Shown: positions 1-9,260 of the stretch, one piece after another
Numbering within the stretch: the first letter of the stretch is position 1
Layout: the number at the start of each line of letters is the position of its first letter
Made by a program: the position numbers and the translations under genes
Notes under the pieces: model-generated
Databases searched by the model: none
The model's input: the letters and a program-made list of their open reading frames with translations, nothing else
Told to the model about the DNA's origin: nothing
IMG/VR virus record: IMGVR_UViG_3300045971_000895
Location: 128,001 to 192,000 of that record
Origin: a virus
Strand: one strand, 5' to 3'
DNA: 64,000 nucleotides

Positions 1-1
1 C

Positions 2-358
2 ACCCAGGCGCAGCAGCGAGCCCACTACAAGAAGACGCGGAAGCAGAAGCTGGCCTACCAGAAGGAGTACAACAAGAAGAACCGGGCGGCTCGTCGCGTC
101 TACATGGTGGGGTATCGCTTCGGCCTCACGAAGGAAGCGTACGAGGCGCTCAAGAAGAAGCAGAAGAACCGCTGCGCGATCTGTCGTGGTAAGCAGGTGA
201 AGGGTTGGAAGAACCTGGCGGTCGACCACGACCACAAGACTGGCAAGGTCCGCGGTCTTCTCTGCAACCGCTGCAACAGGGTCATCGGGGCGATGAAGGA
301 CAGCCCGAAGTTGCTCTGGAAGGCAGCACTCTACCTTCGGAAGGCCCATGCCCTCTAA
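2..358 (+). CDS. Endonuclease VII-like Holliday-junction resolvase/HNH-type nuclease (5' end outside window)
   Basis: The frame is open from nt 2 (TQAQQRAHYKKTRKQKLAYQKEYNKKNRAARRVYM...). Motifs 'CAICRG', 'DHDHKTGKVRGLLCNRCN' and the N-terminal '...YG.T.E.Y..L' region fit the Endonuclease_7 family. Confidence 0.72.
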   Translation, partial: TQAQQRAHYKKTRKQKLAYQKEYNKKNRAARRVYMVGYRFGLTKEAYEALKKKQKNRCAICRGKQVKGWKNLAVDHDHKTGKVRGLLCNRCNRVIGAMKDSPKLLWKAALYLRKAHAL

Positions 359-1205
359 GCATCCAGCCGCCAACTTCCTGCGGTATCTCATCATCCAGGA
401 CCGCACCATCCCAGACGCCATGATCCAGAGGCGGCTGGAGGAGTGGGGCTTCCTCTCAGCAGACCCCACGCTGCTGCCCATCATGAAGGCCGAGATCCCC
501 GCCGCGCCGGCGGGGTTCAACCCGGCCGACCGCACGCACCGGCCCAGCGTGCGGTACCTGCGCGAGCAGCAGGTCTACGAGATGTTCCACCCCAACGACG
601 CGCTCAACCAGGCGCTCGACCTGCTCAGCTTCCCTGACCAGCGGCTGGTGGCGGAGCAGCTGCTGCTCTCCCGTCTCGACCTCAAGCTCACCTGCAAGCT
701 GGTGAACGCCAAGCAGAACTGGCACCTGACGGAAGAGGGCCTCTCGATGTACCGGCACTACTTCTGGAACGTGCCGTCCATGACCTTCGACGAGTGGGGG
801 CGCTTCCTCTTCAGCCGCACCTCCTACTACGAGAGATACATGAGCCTGCTCACGGCGCCGCCGAAGCTGTCCTTCTACCACCTCCGACTCGACCAGCAGA
901 TCGACTCGAAGAAGATGATCGAGGACGTGCAGCGCATCGCTCACGAGGCGCTCCTCGAGGTGAGGGAGAAGCCGGGCGTCCCCATCGACAAGGTGAAGAG
1001 CATCAACCTGCTGGGCAAGGTGGTCATCGAGGCACACAACGCCCTCGCCACCTCCGACATGGCGCTGAAGGACACCCTCAAGCAGTTCGAGCAGTGGCGC
1101 ATGGAGCACCCGCAGATCACGCCTCCGTCCTTGCTCAAGCTGGCCCCGGCAGGTAACTTCTCTGGCTCGGGCATGGAAGACAAGAAGTCAGACCTCAAGA
1201 ACTAG
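348..1205 (+). CDS. hypothetical protein (285 aa)
   Basis: Long ORF with GC3-rich codon usage. Its start overlaps the upstream stop. No motif recognised. Confidence 0.5.
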   Translation: MPSKHPAANFLRYLIIQDRTIPDAMIQRRLEEWGFLSADPTLLPIMKAEIPAAPAGFNPADRTHRPSVRYLREQQVYEMFHPNDALNQALDLLSFPDQRLVAEQLLLSRLDLKLTCKLVNAKQNWHLTEEGLSMYRHYFWNVPSMTFDEWGRFLFSRTSYYERYMSLLTAPPKLSFYHLRLDQQIDSKKMIEDVQRIAHEALLEVREKPGVPIDKVKSINLLGKVVIEAHNALATSDMALKDTLKQFEQWRMEHPQITPPSLLKLAPAGNFSGSGMEDKKSDLKN

Positions 1206-1213
1206 GAGGCGAC

Positions 1214-1678
1214 ATGGGCTGGGTGGAACGTAACGAAGCGACAGGGAAGACCGGGTCCAAGGACTCGAAGGATCTCGACGCCGAGAGGCTGGCGGGTCTC
1301 CCCATCATCACCAAGGAAGCGGACAAGGGCGCGATGCCGTTCGAGCCCGTTCGCTTCACCCCGGTGCGGAGCCCCGGCTGCTACGAAGCGCAGTTCGCCA
1401 AGAGGGACGGCGACGTCATCCTCCACTTCTGGCCGCCCGGGTACAACCAGGCGAAGAGGGACGAGAAGCCGCTGCCTCCCTTCAAGACGGGCTTTGAGCT
1501 GAAGCTGAAGTCGATCATGGTGGCGGAGTTCGGGGTCGACAAGGTCGGCTTCCACAACGACCGTGACACCATGGGCGCCTGGTTCGTTCAGGTGAAGGGC
1601 CTGGGCGAGAAGCACTTCTACAGGGACCTCGTGAAGGTCGCCTGCGAGAAGCTGCACTACTCGCTCGGCGGGACATGA
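1214..1678 (+). CDS. hypothetical protein (154 aa)
   Basis: ORF preceded by AGGAGG RBS (ctaggaggcgacATG). Confidence 0.5.
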   Translation: MGWVERNEATGKTGSKDSKDLDAERLAGLPIITKEADKGAMPFEPVRFTPVRSPGCYEAQFAKRDGDVILHFWPPGYNQAKRDEKPLPPFKTGFELKLKSIMVAEFGVDKVGFHNDRDTMGAWFVQVKGLGEKHFYRDLVKVACEKLHYSLGGT

Positions 1679-1681
1679 CCC

Positions 1682-2320
1682 ATGCGCGCTTGGCTTTCCT
1701 CCTTCGCCGATGAGCTGGAGAAGATCGCTGAGACCGAGAAGGTCGAGGCAGCCAAGCAGCGCGCCGTTGCCAACGTCCAGAGGCTGAAGAAGAGCCTCAA
1801 GCCGGGAGACATCCTCTTCACGGCCCCCATCCGCGAGAAGATGCAGAGCACCTTCGGGAAGTACTTCTACAAGCCCATCTCGAAGGCCGTGCAGGGGACC
1901 GACTTCGGCCATGCCGCCATGTACGTTGGGGACGGGCAGGTGGTGGAGGCTCGGATGGGAGAGACCACCAAGGCGGTCTCCCTGGCATCGGTCGCCAAGA
2001 AGCAGCAGATCGTGGCGATGCGCCCGAACGTCACCCCGAAGGAGCGGCGTGAGGCCATCGCCTACGTCGAGTCGCAGAAGGGGAAGCCCTTCAGCATGAC
2101 GGCGCTTGCCAACACCCTGAACCCCTTCCGTGGGAAGCGGAAGGGGCGAAAGCCGGAAGAGGCAGATGCTCTCATCTGTTCCGCTCTCGTCGCCAATGCC
2201 TACGCTCGGAGGAAGTTCTCCGACGCGCCTCGGGTGGTCACCACTCCCGCCGAGGTGATGAGGTCCCCGCACCTCGTGCCGGTTGCGGCCCTCGTCACTG
2301 ACAAGACTCTCGAGGGCTAA
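1682..2320 (+). CDS. permuted papain-fold (YiiX/NlpC-P60-like) cysteine peptidase/amidase with N-terminal 'FADELEKIA' motif
   Basis: 'GHAAMYVGDGQVVEA' precedes 'ALICSALVANAY'. The His-then-Cys order matches the permuted NlpC/P60 (DUF830-like) fold. A GC hairpin follows at 2323..2344. Confidence 0.5.
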   Translation: MRAWLSSFADELEKIAETEKVEAAKQRAVANVQRLKKSLKPGDILFTAPIREKMQSTFGKYFYKPISKAVQGTDFGHAAMYVGDGQVVEARMGETTKAVSLASVAKKQQIVAMRPNVTPKERREAIAYVESQKGKPFSMTALANTLNPFRGKRKGRKPEEADALICSALVANAYARRKFSDAPRVVTTPAEVMRSPHLVPVAALVTDKTLEG

Positions 2321-2346
2321 GGGGGAGGGGTCGCCGCCCCTCCCGC

Positions 2347-2631
2347 CTACGCCGCTCGGACTTTGCCGAGCAGCGCCTGCTCCATCTCTTGCTGCGTCCT
2401 CAGGACCTCTCTCAGATGCGCGTCCAGCTTGTCCGTGCGCTGGTAGAGCGCACCGATCTGACAGCGCATCATGTAGATCATCTTGATGAGAGGCCAGTTC
2501 AGAAGCCCTCCCTTCTCGGCGGCACAGCAGTCCTCGCAGAGGGCGAGTGGCGCTTCCTTCGAGACCCAGTTCTCTTGCGCGAGCTCTACTGGAGCGTCGC
2601 AGAGGAGGCAGGGCTGCACGCAGTTGCTCAT
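2347..2631 (-). CDS. zinc-ribbon protein (94 aa)
   Basis: Start at internal Met 'MSNCVQPCLLCDAP...LCEDCC' with AAGAGGAGGG RBS. ATGA overlap with the upstream gene's stop. Confidence 0.45.
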   Translation of the reverse strand: MSNCVQPCLLCDAPVELAQENWVSKEAPLALCEDCCAAEKGGLLNWPLIKMIYMMRCQIGALYQRTDKLDAHLREVLRTQQEMEQALLGKVRAA

Positions 2632-3095
2632 GGCGCCTTGCCCTCCTCTTCGGCCTGGCGCTTCCGCCACCGCTCCGCCTCGCGCTTCTTCTCCTGCTCC
2701 CTGGCCCGCGCCTGGATGACGTCCTCGACGATGTGGAACATCATGTCGGAGAGCTTGACCCCGAGGGTATCGAACGGCTCTCGGACTGCCTGTGCCAGGG
2801 ACTGCTGCATCTGAAACCTGAACGCCTGGTCGAAGCGGTCGAGCGCCCTCTCGACGACCTCTTCGCCTCGCTTCACGAGGGCGGCCTTGATGAAGTCCGC
2901 ACGCTCCTCGACGACCTTCTTGATGAGGGGAGCCAACAGCGCGTCCATGTTCTTGCGAGTCGTGGTCTGCGCCCGAGTCGTCAGCTCAGAGCGGATGGCG
3001 TACTCGATGTTCTCCTTGATCTTGGCCTGCGACTCGTCCCAGACCTTCTGGACGAGGGCGTCGATCTCGGCGGGTGGCATCTGCTTATCTGTCAT
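2628..3095 (-). CDS. hypothetical acidic/coiled-coil protein (155 aa)
   Basis: The 383-aa ORF 2628..3779 is really two genes. This one starts 'MTDKQMPPAEIDALV' with a GGAAGGA RBS. The region above 3095 is RNase HII in another frame. Confidence 0.5.
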   Translation of the reverse strand: MTDKQMPPAEIDALVQKVWDESQAKIKENIEYAIRSELTTRAQTTTRKNMDALLAPLIKKVVEERADFIKAALVKRGEEVVERALDRFDQAFRFQMQQSLAQAVREPFDTLGVKLSDMMFHIVEDVIQARAREQEKKREAERWRKRQAEEEGKAP

Positions 3096-3703
3096 GGCTT
3101 CCTTCCCATTACCTTCCGGCAGTAGCGCCACCTGTGGAGGTACTTGGTGGTGTCCTGCTTGTTGATGAGGAGGCCGTAAGTGTGAATGGCCTTCTCGTGG
3201 TCTGGGCTCCCGTAGCCCTTGTGGTTCTCGAAGCCGTATTCGGGGAACTGCTTCCCGTAGTCCACCATCATCGTGTCTCTCAGGTGCTTGGCGATCATGC
3301 TGGCCGCGGAGACCTCGATGTGGTTCACGTCGGCCTTGGGCTCGACGATCTGCTTGCCGCCGTACCTGCCGACGTGGTTGCTGCCGTCTACGATGAGGGT
3401 GGCGGGCGGCACCTTCAGCTCTGCGAGTGCCCGGGCGTAACAGAGCTGGAGTGCCGAGCTGACTCCCAGGGTGTCGATCTCCCAGGGCCACGCCCAGCCC
3501 ATGCCCACGTCCTCGCAGGCGGAGATGAGAACGGGGTAGGCGGCGGCGCGCTGCTTCTCGGTGGTCTGCTTCGAGTCCTTGATTCCCGCAGGGAGCAAGC
3601 CTCGAGTGTTGTCGTTGAAGACGGCTACGACGGAGATGATGGGACCGGCCCAGCTTCCGTAGCCGACCTCGTCGATTCCTCCGGTACCCTTCCCGTAGGT
3701 CAC
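3092..3703 (-). CDS. rnhB: ribonuclease HII
   Basis: N-terminal 'GIDEVGYGSWAGPI' matches the RNase HII catalytic-Asp motif. 'DSKQTTEKQR' and the 'GYGSPDH' C-terminal region also fit. GTG start with a 4-nt overlap to the upstream peptide gene. Confidence 0.78.
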   Translation of the reverse strand: MTYGKGTGGIDEVGYGSWAGPIISVVAVFNDNTRGLLPAGIKDSKQTTEKQRAAAYPVLISACEDVGMGWAWPWEIDTLGVSSALQLCYARALAELKVPPATLIVDGSNHVGRYGGKQIVEPKADVNHIEVSAASMIAKHLRDTMMVDYGKQFPEYGFENHKGYGSPDHEKAIHTYGLLINKQDTTKYLHRWRYCRKVMGRKP

Positions 3704-3803
3704 GCCTTCTTCCTTCCGGCAGCCAAGCCATCCAGGTATCCCCAGAGAGCTCCGTTGATGGTGCCAAGAAGGAGTCCAATCAGGATTCCATCAGCAAAGG
3801 TCA
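3700..3803 (-). CDS. small hydrophobic peptide (34 aa), putative membrane peptide
   Basis: Not in the ORF track because it is too short. 'MTFADGILIGLLLGTINGALWGYLDGLAAGRKKA' with a GAGGAA RBS. Its stop overlaps the RNase HII GTG start. Confidence 0.3.
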
Positions 3804-4150
3804 TGTGTGATTCCTCTAAGAGCTTATGCCTACGGCTCCGAGTTCCTTTCTTTGCCCAAACGCTGCTTCATTCCTACGTCGAAGCGCATGTCGAGGGCAG
3901 AGAAGGTGGGCCGACCGACCATGATGCAGTCGTTCTTGGCCGCGTACATGCAGACGATGTTCCACGCCAGCATCCGGCTCTTTGGGGGAAGGGTGGACGC
4001 GAAATGGATGCGTATCGAGTACACTAGTGCGTTGACGCTCTTGTGAGTCTCGAGGGATGCTGGCGTTCCAGCGGCTCTCCCAAGAGAGTCAGTCACACTG
4101 GGGAGCCAAGATAGGGACGGCGGCAGCACGACCACAGGGTAGCAGGGAGA

Positions 4151-5965
4151 GTGATGCAAGTCCTCAGTGCAGAAGAGTTCATGCGGAACTACAGCAGCAA
4201 CGTCGTGATGGTGAACGGCGAACCGGAGATCCCCGAGGAGTGGGACTACGAGCCGGCGATCCCCGAGGAGTACATCGACCAGGACGAGCTCGCCAAGAGA
4301 CGGGCCGATCTCATCAACATCTCCCCCTCCCGGTTCACTGAGTTCGCTGTCCGCATCCCCGACAAGGAAAGCCAGAAGCACGTCAACTTCAGCTTCGATG
4401 GGCGTGAGTACCTCCGCCTCCCCTACGACACACCAGCCAGGCGCACCCTCTTCAAGTGCGGCCGCCAAGTGGAGAAGAGCACGCTGCTGGGCAACCGCAC
4501 GCTCTCCTACTGCTGCGTCATCAACGCCTTCAACGTCCTCTACGTCTCGCCCACCAACCAGCAGACCAAGACCTTCTCCAGAGACCGGCTCAAGGAGCCG
4601 ATGGAGACCAGCGAAGTTCTGAAGAGCTGGACCACCACCAAGCTCTCGGACAACGTCTTCGAGAAGCAGTTCATCAACCGGTCGAAGGTGACGCTGCGCT
4701 ACGCGTACCACCACGCCGACCGAGTCCGCGGCATCCCAGCGGACATGATCGAGATCGACGAGATCCAGGACATCAACACCGACAACATCCCCATCATCGA
4801 GGAGTGCGCCTCCCACTCCCCCTACAAGATCTTCACCTACTCAGGGACGCCGAAGACTCTCGACAACGCCATCGAGAAGTACTGGAACGACTTCAGCACC
4901 CAGAACGAATGGGTGGTTCCCTGCGAGAGACACGGCACGCCGGGCGACTCCTCGAGCTGGCACTGGAACATCCTCACGGAAGACAGCATCGGGAAGAAGG
5001 GCCTCGTCTGCGACAAGTGCAACGAGGTCATCAACCCCACGCACCCGATGGCCCAGTGGGCCTCGCTCTACCCGGAGATCCGCAGGCCGGCGCAGGACGG
5101 TGGCCTTGGAGACAAAGCCTTCGAGGGCTTCCGCATCCCGCAGCTGATGGTGCCGTGGCTGAAGTGGGACGACATCCTGGTGAAGTTCCAGACGTACCCG
5201 CGCGGCCGCTTCTACAACGAGGTGCTCGGGCTCTCGTATGACTCTGGCACCCGTCCCCTGATGCAGCAGGACATCATCGACAACTGCATCCAGGGCTTCT
5301 ACATGTCGCCGCAGACCTTGGCGAAGGTGAAGCACGATGCCTCTGGGACCTCGCCCATCTTCTGCGGCATCGACTGGGGCACCGGCGAAGGGACGTACAC
5401 CGTCCTCTCCTTGGGCACCTACATCAACGGCTTCTTCACCATCTTCTACGTCCACCGCTTCGAGGGGCAGGAGCTCGAGCCGCCCATCCAGTTGGGCATT
5501 GTGGAGGAGTTGATCCGGAACTGGCAGGTCGAGTGTGTGGGAGCCGACTACGGCGGCGGCTTCGATCGCAACGACCACCTCACCCGCAAGTTCGGGCAGG
5601 GCCGCATCTGGAAGTACCAGTACAGCCAGCCGGGCCAGAAGGTGAAGTGGGAGGATCCCCTCAAGAGGTTCCTCGTCCACCGCACCGAAGTGATGAGCGA
5701 TGTGTTCAACGCCATCAAGCGAAGGAACGTCTTCCGCTTCCCCGACTGGAGCCACTTCAAGGAACCCTTCGGCGCCGACATGCTGAACATCTTCAGCGAG
5801 TACAACGAGCAGACTCGGCAGATCGAATACAAGCACGCACCCGACCGCACGGACGATACCTTCCACTCCATGCTGCTTTGCTTCCTCGTCTCGATGCTTC
5901 GCGTGCCGCGGCACGATGTGCTCAACCCGTCTGCGCGTACGGGAGCTTCGTCCGAGATCGACTGA
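4151..5965 (+). CDS. terL: terminase large subunit (ATPase + nuclease)
   Basis: Walker A-like 'KCGRQVEKST', Walker B 'IEIDEIQD', and a C-terminal RNaseH-like nuclease region 'FCGIDWGTG'. GGGAGAG RBS. A low-GC intergenic region lies upstream at 3804..4150. Confidence 0.82.
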   Translation: MMQVLSAEEFMRNYSSNVVMVNGEPEIPEEWDYEPAIPEEYIDQDELAKRRADLINISPSRFTEFAVRIPDKESQKHVNFSFDGREYLRLPYDTPARRTLFKCGRQVEKSTLLGNRTLSYCCVINAFNVLYVSPTNQQTKTFSRDRLKEPMETSEVLKSWTTTKLSDNVFEKQFINRSKVTLRYAYHHADRVRGIPADMIEIDEIQDINTDNIPIIEECASHSPYKIFTYSGTPKTLDNAIEKYWNDFSTQNEWVVPCERHGTPGDSSSWHWNILTEDSIGKKGLVCDKCNEVINPTHPMAQWASLYPEIRRPAQDGGLGDKAFEGFRIPQLMVPWLKWDDILVKFQTYPRGRFYNEVLGLSYDSGTRPLMQQDIIDNCIQGFYMSPQTLAKVKHDASGTSPIFCGIDWGTGEGTYTVLSLGTYINGFFTIFYVHRFEGQELEPPIQLGIVEELIRNWQVECVGADYGGGFDRNDHLTRKFGQGRIWKYQYSQPGQKVKWEDPLKRFLVHRTEVMSDVFNAIKRRNVFRFPDWSHFKEPFGADMLNIFSEYNEQTRQIEYKHAPDRTDDTFHSMLLCFLVSMLRVPRHDVLNPSARTGASSEID

Positions 5966-5973
5966 TAGGTAAG

Positions 5974-6005
5974 AAACTGGGCCCCTCATACTCCAGGGGC
6001 CCAGT
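5974..6005. terminator. bidirectional GC hairpin terminator preceded by 'TGATAGGTAAGAAA'
   Basis: Perfect inverted repeat aactgggcccct/aggggcccagtt between convergent genes. Confidence 0.6.
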
Positions 6006-6027
6006 TCTCACTACGTTCAGCGGTGAG

Positions 6028-6474
6028 CTACTTCATCACCCTGAACTCCGGCCAGCCGTAGCGGTCGGCCAGCCAGTTGTAGCCGAGCACGCCGACGACG
6101 GCGACAGCGACCATCACCGGGATGTGCCAGACCTTGATGTTCGTGGCCGCGAAGCGGCGGGACGTGTTCCAGGCGCCGTCCTCGTGCTTGCCCTCGGAGA
6201 TGAGGTCCGCCATGGCGAGGTTGCCGGAGTTGTACAGCGCGTTGGCCGTCTCCGCGCGGAGCTCCTCCGGCAGCTCCTTGCGGAAGTTGAGGAGGTGCTG
6301 GAACACGGCCTCCCGGCTCTTGGCCTTCATGGCGATGGTCGGAGCCGGCATCGTCGGCGCCGGCGGGGGGGTCTGCGCGAACGGCGGGTGCGGAATCGCC
6401 GTGGCACCGGCGGCTTCTGCGGCGGTGGCTGCGGCGGCATCGAGAGCGATGCCTTTCTTCGGGGTCTGCTTCAT
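6028..6474 (-). CDS. hypothetical protein with C-terminal transmembrane anchor
   Basis: Start 'MKQTPKKG' with GGGGAGGAG RBS. Ala/Pro-rich N-terminal part. Hydrophobic C-terminal segment 'IPVMVAVAVVGVLGY'. Confidence 0.45.
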   Translation of the reverse strand: MKQTPKKGIALDAAAATAAEAAGATAIPHPPFAQTPPPAPTMPAPTIAMKAKSREAVFQHLLNFRKELPEELRAETANALYNSGNLAMADLISEGKHEDGAWNTSRRFAATNIKVWHIPVMVAVAVVGVLGYNWLADRYGWPEFRVMK

Positions 6475-6583
6475 GGTGGACTCGTCTCCTCCCCTTGCAA
6501 GGGAAAACAGCCACGATAGTCGTGGCAGACAGGTCATTACTGACCAGCAAATCCTTATGCCAAGGGTCTGGAGGGAATTGGTG

Positions 6584-7300
6584 CTACCGGCCGGTGAGGG
6601 CCCGGCGCAGTTCGTCCTGGGGGGTATCCAGGGCCTGGAAGAGGGCCTGGGGGATGGTGCCCTTCCCAGACTCTATCCAGAAGAGGGCCGCCGCCCTGAC
6701 CTTCTTGCGGCCCTGCTCCATCTTGGCCTTGAGGGCCTGGAGGGAGAGGTCGTCCTTCACCTTCTTCGGTGAGAGGAAGTCCGACATCCGGGTCACGAGG
6801 TCGAAGAGTGGCTTCCAGGGCTGTGCGCTCCCCGTGACGGCAGCCAAATGCTCGATGGCCTTCTCGTCCACCTGATTGAAGATGCCTGCCCAGGAGTCGA
6901 GTTCCTTCAATTGGTACTTGGGCAGGGTCAGGTAATCGATGACGGCCCTGTGGAGGCTGGCTGCTTCCTTGTCATCCATCTTGAGGGGCTTCTCTTGGAT
7001 GCCCATTGCCTCCCACATGGTCTTCATCACCCGCATCTCTTCCTCGAGTTGCGTGATGCGCCTGTTGAGTTGGAAGACGGTGCGCCGATTCACGACAGGG
7101 AAGTCCGTGCCGAGCTCTTCAGCCAGCTGCTCCACGTCCTCGGACTTCACGAGGACGGCTCGGTTGCGGATTGCTTCCTTCCTCAAGAAGCCCTTCTTGA
7201 GGTAGTTGTGTACGGAGCGCTTCGAGCACCCGAGCCGCGCGGCGGCCTCGGGGACGGTCATGAGCTGGGTGAAAGTGCTTCCCAAGTGGCGACCCTCCAT
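6584..7300 (-). CDS. HTH (MerR/excisionase-type) DNA-binding protein
   Basis: 'MTVPEAAARLGCSKRSVHNYLKKGFL' is an N-terminal helix-turn-helix. The true start may be this internal Met near 7261. Confidence 0.55.
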   Translation of the reverse strand: MEGRHLGSTFTQLMTVPEAAARLGCSKRSVHNYLKKGFLRKEAIRNRAVLVKSEDVEQLAEELGTDFPVVNRRTVFQLNRRITQLEEEMRVMKTMWEAMGIQEKPLKMDDKEAASLHRAVIDYLTLPKYQLKELDSWAGIFNQVDEKAIEHLAAVTGSAQPWKPLFDLVTRMSDFLSPKKVKDDLSLQALKAKMEQGRKKVRAAALFWIESGKGTIPQALFQALDTPQDELRRALTGR

Positions 7301-7325
7301 CTACGCTGAATCCGGAGCATACCTC

Positions 7326-8270
7326 ATGCGAGACGACCTGACGACGTACCTCATCAGCGACCGGAAGCACCGGCCGTCCCTCTCTCCCGAGGCTCTCGAG
7401 CTGATGGGGAAGCAGGCGGCGAACCGGTTCCTCGACGAAGGCATCCCGCTGAACGAGGGGATCGCCAAGCTCGCGAGCGAGCACGCCGACATCAACGCCG
7501 ACCAGGTGCGTCGGGTGGTGGAGTTCGCCAACAAGGCGACCTACCTCGGCCTCCACGACAAGGCGAAGACGGCCGGCGCGAAGGAGAGCTACCCGCAGTT
7601 CGCTCTCGCCGACTCCACCGTCATCCTGGGCAGCCTCGGCGAAGAGGCAAGCCCCCTGCGGACGCCCACCGTCGACACCGACTACAGCTCGAGCGTCGAG
7701 AAGCGGGCCTCCATCGAGGGCACCGTGGCGGACAACCTCCTGGCCGACCTCTTCCAGGTGAAGAAGACCGCCGAGGTCGCCCACACCCGCGACGCCGTGG
7801 TGGAGGAGATCGTCAGTGTGAAGGAGGACCTCACCTCCCTGCGCGACCACCTCACCCACACCGCCTCCACGCTCGACACGCTGTGGAAGGAGGCGCAGGA
7901 GGACTACTACGACCACGTGCGCCGCCACATGCTGAACGGCGGCTCGCTCGCGGACGTCGTGGCCTCCTCCCGCATCCCCGGCGTCGAGCAGGAGAAGATC
8001 TCCTCGGCTCTCCAGCCCTTCGTGGTGCGCCTCCTGAAGGACAAGGTGGCCTCCCCTGCCCAGATGCAGGAGCAGGTGAAGGGCTTCGAGAAGGTGGCCC
8101 ACCGGATCCTCAACGAGAACCACCCGCTGGTCACCACCTTCCGCGCCTACCTCTCGCTCGACTCCGAGATCCAGAAGGTGGCGAGCGGGCTGACCGACGT
8201 CGAGGTCGAGCTGGGCCGGGTGAACTCCTTCATCAAGGAGAAGTTCTGTGGCGGCACGTCGGCTCGCTAA
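7326..8270 (+). CDS. hypothetical phage protein (314 aa)
   Basis: Start at 'MRDDLTTYL' with GGAG RBS. The ORF-track start at 7206 (TTG) overlaps the divergent HTH gene and is unlikely. Confidence 0.5.
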   Translation: MRDDLTTYLISDRKHRPSLSPEALELMGKQAANRFLDEGIPLNEGIAKLASEHADINADQVRRVVEFANKATYLGLHDKAKTAGAKESYPQFALADSTVILGSLGEEASPLRTPTVDTDYSSSVEKRASIEGTVADNLLADLFQVKKTAEVAHTRDAVVEEIVSVKEDLTSLRDHLTHTASTLDTLWKEAQEDYYDHVRRHMLNGGSLADVVASSRIPGVEQEKISSALQPFVVRLLKDKVASPAQMQEQVKGFEKVAHRILNENHPLVTTFRAYLSLDSEIQKVASGLTDVEVELGRVNSFIKEKFCGGTSAR

Positions 8271-8523
8271 GCTGGCGGCCACGGCTCGCCGGCTGGACGC
8301 CAAGATGCAGAAGGAAGCAGTCGTCGGCGCCATCGCCGGGATGCTGGGGCGTGCCGCAGCCGGGGCCGGGAAGCTGGCCGTGAAGAACCCCGGCACCGCA
8401 ATCACCGCAGGTCTCGGCGGTGTTGGCGCCGTGGGCAGCTACCGGCAGCACAAGGCCGGGTTCGATCCGAACGTCCAGAAGGCCATGCTCGGGGACACGC
8501 CAGTCCCCCCAGGAGTTTCGTGA
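8248..8523 (+). CDS. small Ala/Gly-rich protein (91 aa)
   Basis: GTG start 7 nt after an AAGGAG RBS, overlapping the upstream gene's end. Confidence 0.4.
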   Translation: MAARRLAKLAATARRLDAKMQKEAVVGAIAGMLGRAAAGAGKLAVKNPGTAITAGLGGVGAVGSYRQHKAGFDPNVQKAMLGDTPVPPGVS

Positions 8524-9260
8524 TGCTGACCAAGGAAGCCCTCGTGCAGTACGCCGGTGAGACGGCCCCCGCCCTGATGCAGAAGACGGCCGCGGTGCTG
8601 GTCCAGGTGGAGCAGGAGTCTCCCGAAGACGTGGCCTGGGTGGCTCGCGAGCTCGACGCCATCTCCGAGCACACCTTCGACAAGATCGCGGAGATGGGTG
8701 CCTGGGGGAAGTGGGGGCTGGCCGTAGGTACCGGAGTCGCGGCGGGCATCGCCAACGACCTGGCCGGCGACCTCTACTCTTCGGCCAAGCGAGGACTCTC
8801 CAAAAGCCGCAACCTTCGGGCCATCATGAAGGTCAACCCCGACTTGAAGGCCATGGACAAGCATCGTCTCCAGATGTCCTTCGACGCCATCCACCGCTAC
8901 GCTCCGGAGATGACCGCTGACCCGCTGGTGGGCGGCGCTCTCTTGAAGAGCGTGGCCGACGTCTCGGGCAACGAAGGCGTGGCCATCAAGAACATCATCG
9001 ACATGCGGAAGAACGTGGTCAATCCGTTCCGGCCGGGCGAGTCGATCAAGTACGACAAGCCCGAGGTGCACAAGGGCCCGACCGCCGGCGAGGTCTCTCG
9101 TGACGCCAAGCTCCGTGCGGTCGGAGAACTGCACAAGGGTCTGATGCAGAACATCGACCGAGACAAGGATCTGCGGAAGGATCCGAAGCAGCTCGCGGCG
9201 GCCCTCAAGAAGCAGACCTCGGCCTTCAGCAAGCAGGTCGACTCTCTTGCCAAGAAGTAG
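8520..9260 (+). CDS. hypothetical protein (246 aa)
   Basis: ORF translationally coupled to its neighbours. Confidence 0.5.
   Translation: MMLTKEALVQYAGETAPALMQKTAAVLVQVEQESPEDVAWVARELDAISEHTFDKIAEMGAWGKWGLAVGTGVAAGIANDLAGDLYSSAKRGLSKSRNLRAIMKVNPDLKAMDKHRLQMSFDAIHRYAPEMTADPLVGGALLKSVADVSGNEGVAIKNIIDMRKNVVNPFRPGESIKYDKPEVHKGPTAGEVSRDAKLRAVGELHKGLMQNIDRDKDLRKDPKQLAAALKKQTSAFSKQVDSLAKK

Noticed and set aside
348-1205. Possible terminase small subunit or portal upstream of terL
   Set aside because: No DNA-binding HTH or oligomerisation motif recognisable. Separated from terL by an opposite-strand operon. Left as hypothetical.
2628-3779. Single 383-aa ORF on the minus strand
   Set aside because: Its upstream two-thirds is Arg/His-rich junk that overlaps RNase HII in another frame. 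Only the distal 155 aa (2628..3095) has an RBS and protein-like composition.
3830-4816. 328-aa minus-strand ORF spanning the terminase 5' region
   Set aside because: Overlaps terminase and the low-GC intergenic promoter region. No RBS and an artefactual composition.
4456-5241. Overlapping-frame Pro/Arg-rich ORFs (for example 4456..5241+, 18128..19303+, 33337..34104+, 34825..35934+)
   Set aside because: Alternative frames of genuine genes. Low-complexity PR-rich translations typical of off-frame reading of GC-rich codons.
7206-7325. ORF-track start of the 354-aa protein at 7206
   Set aside because: Would need a TTG start inside the divergently transcribed HTH gene. An ATG with GGAG RBS at 7326 is much more plausible.
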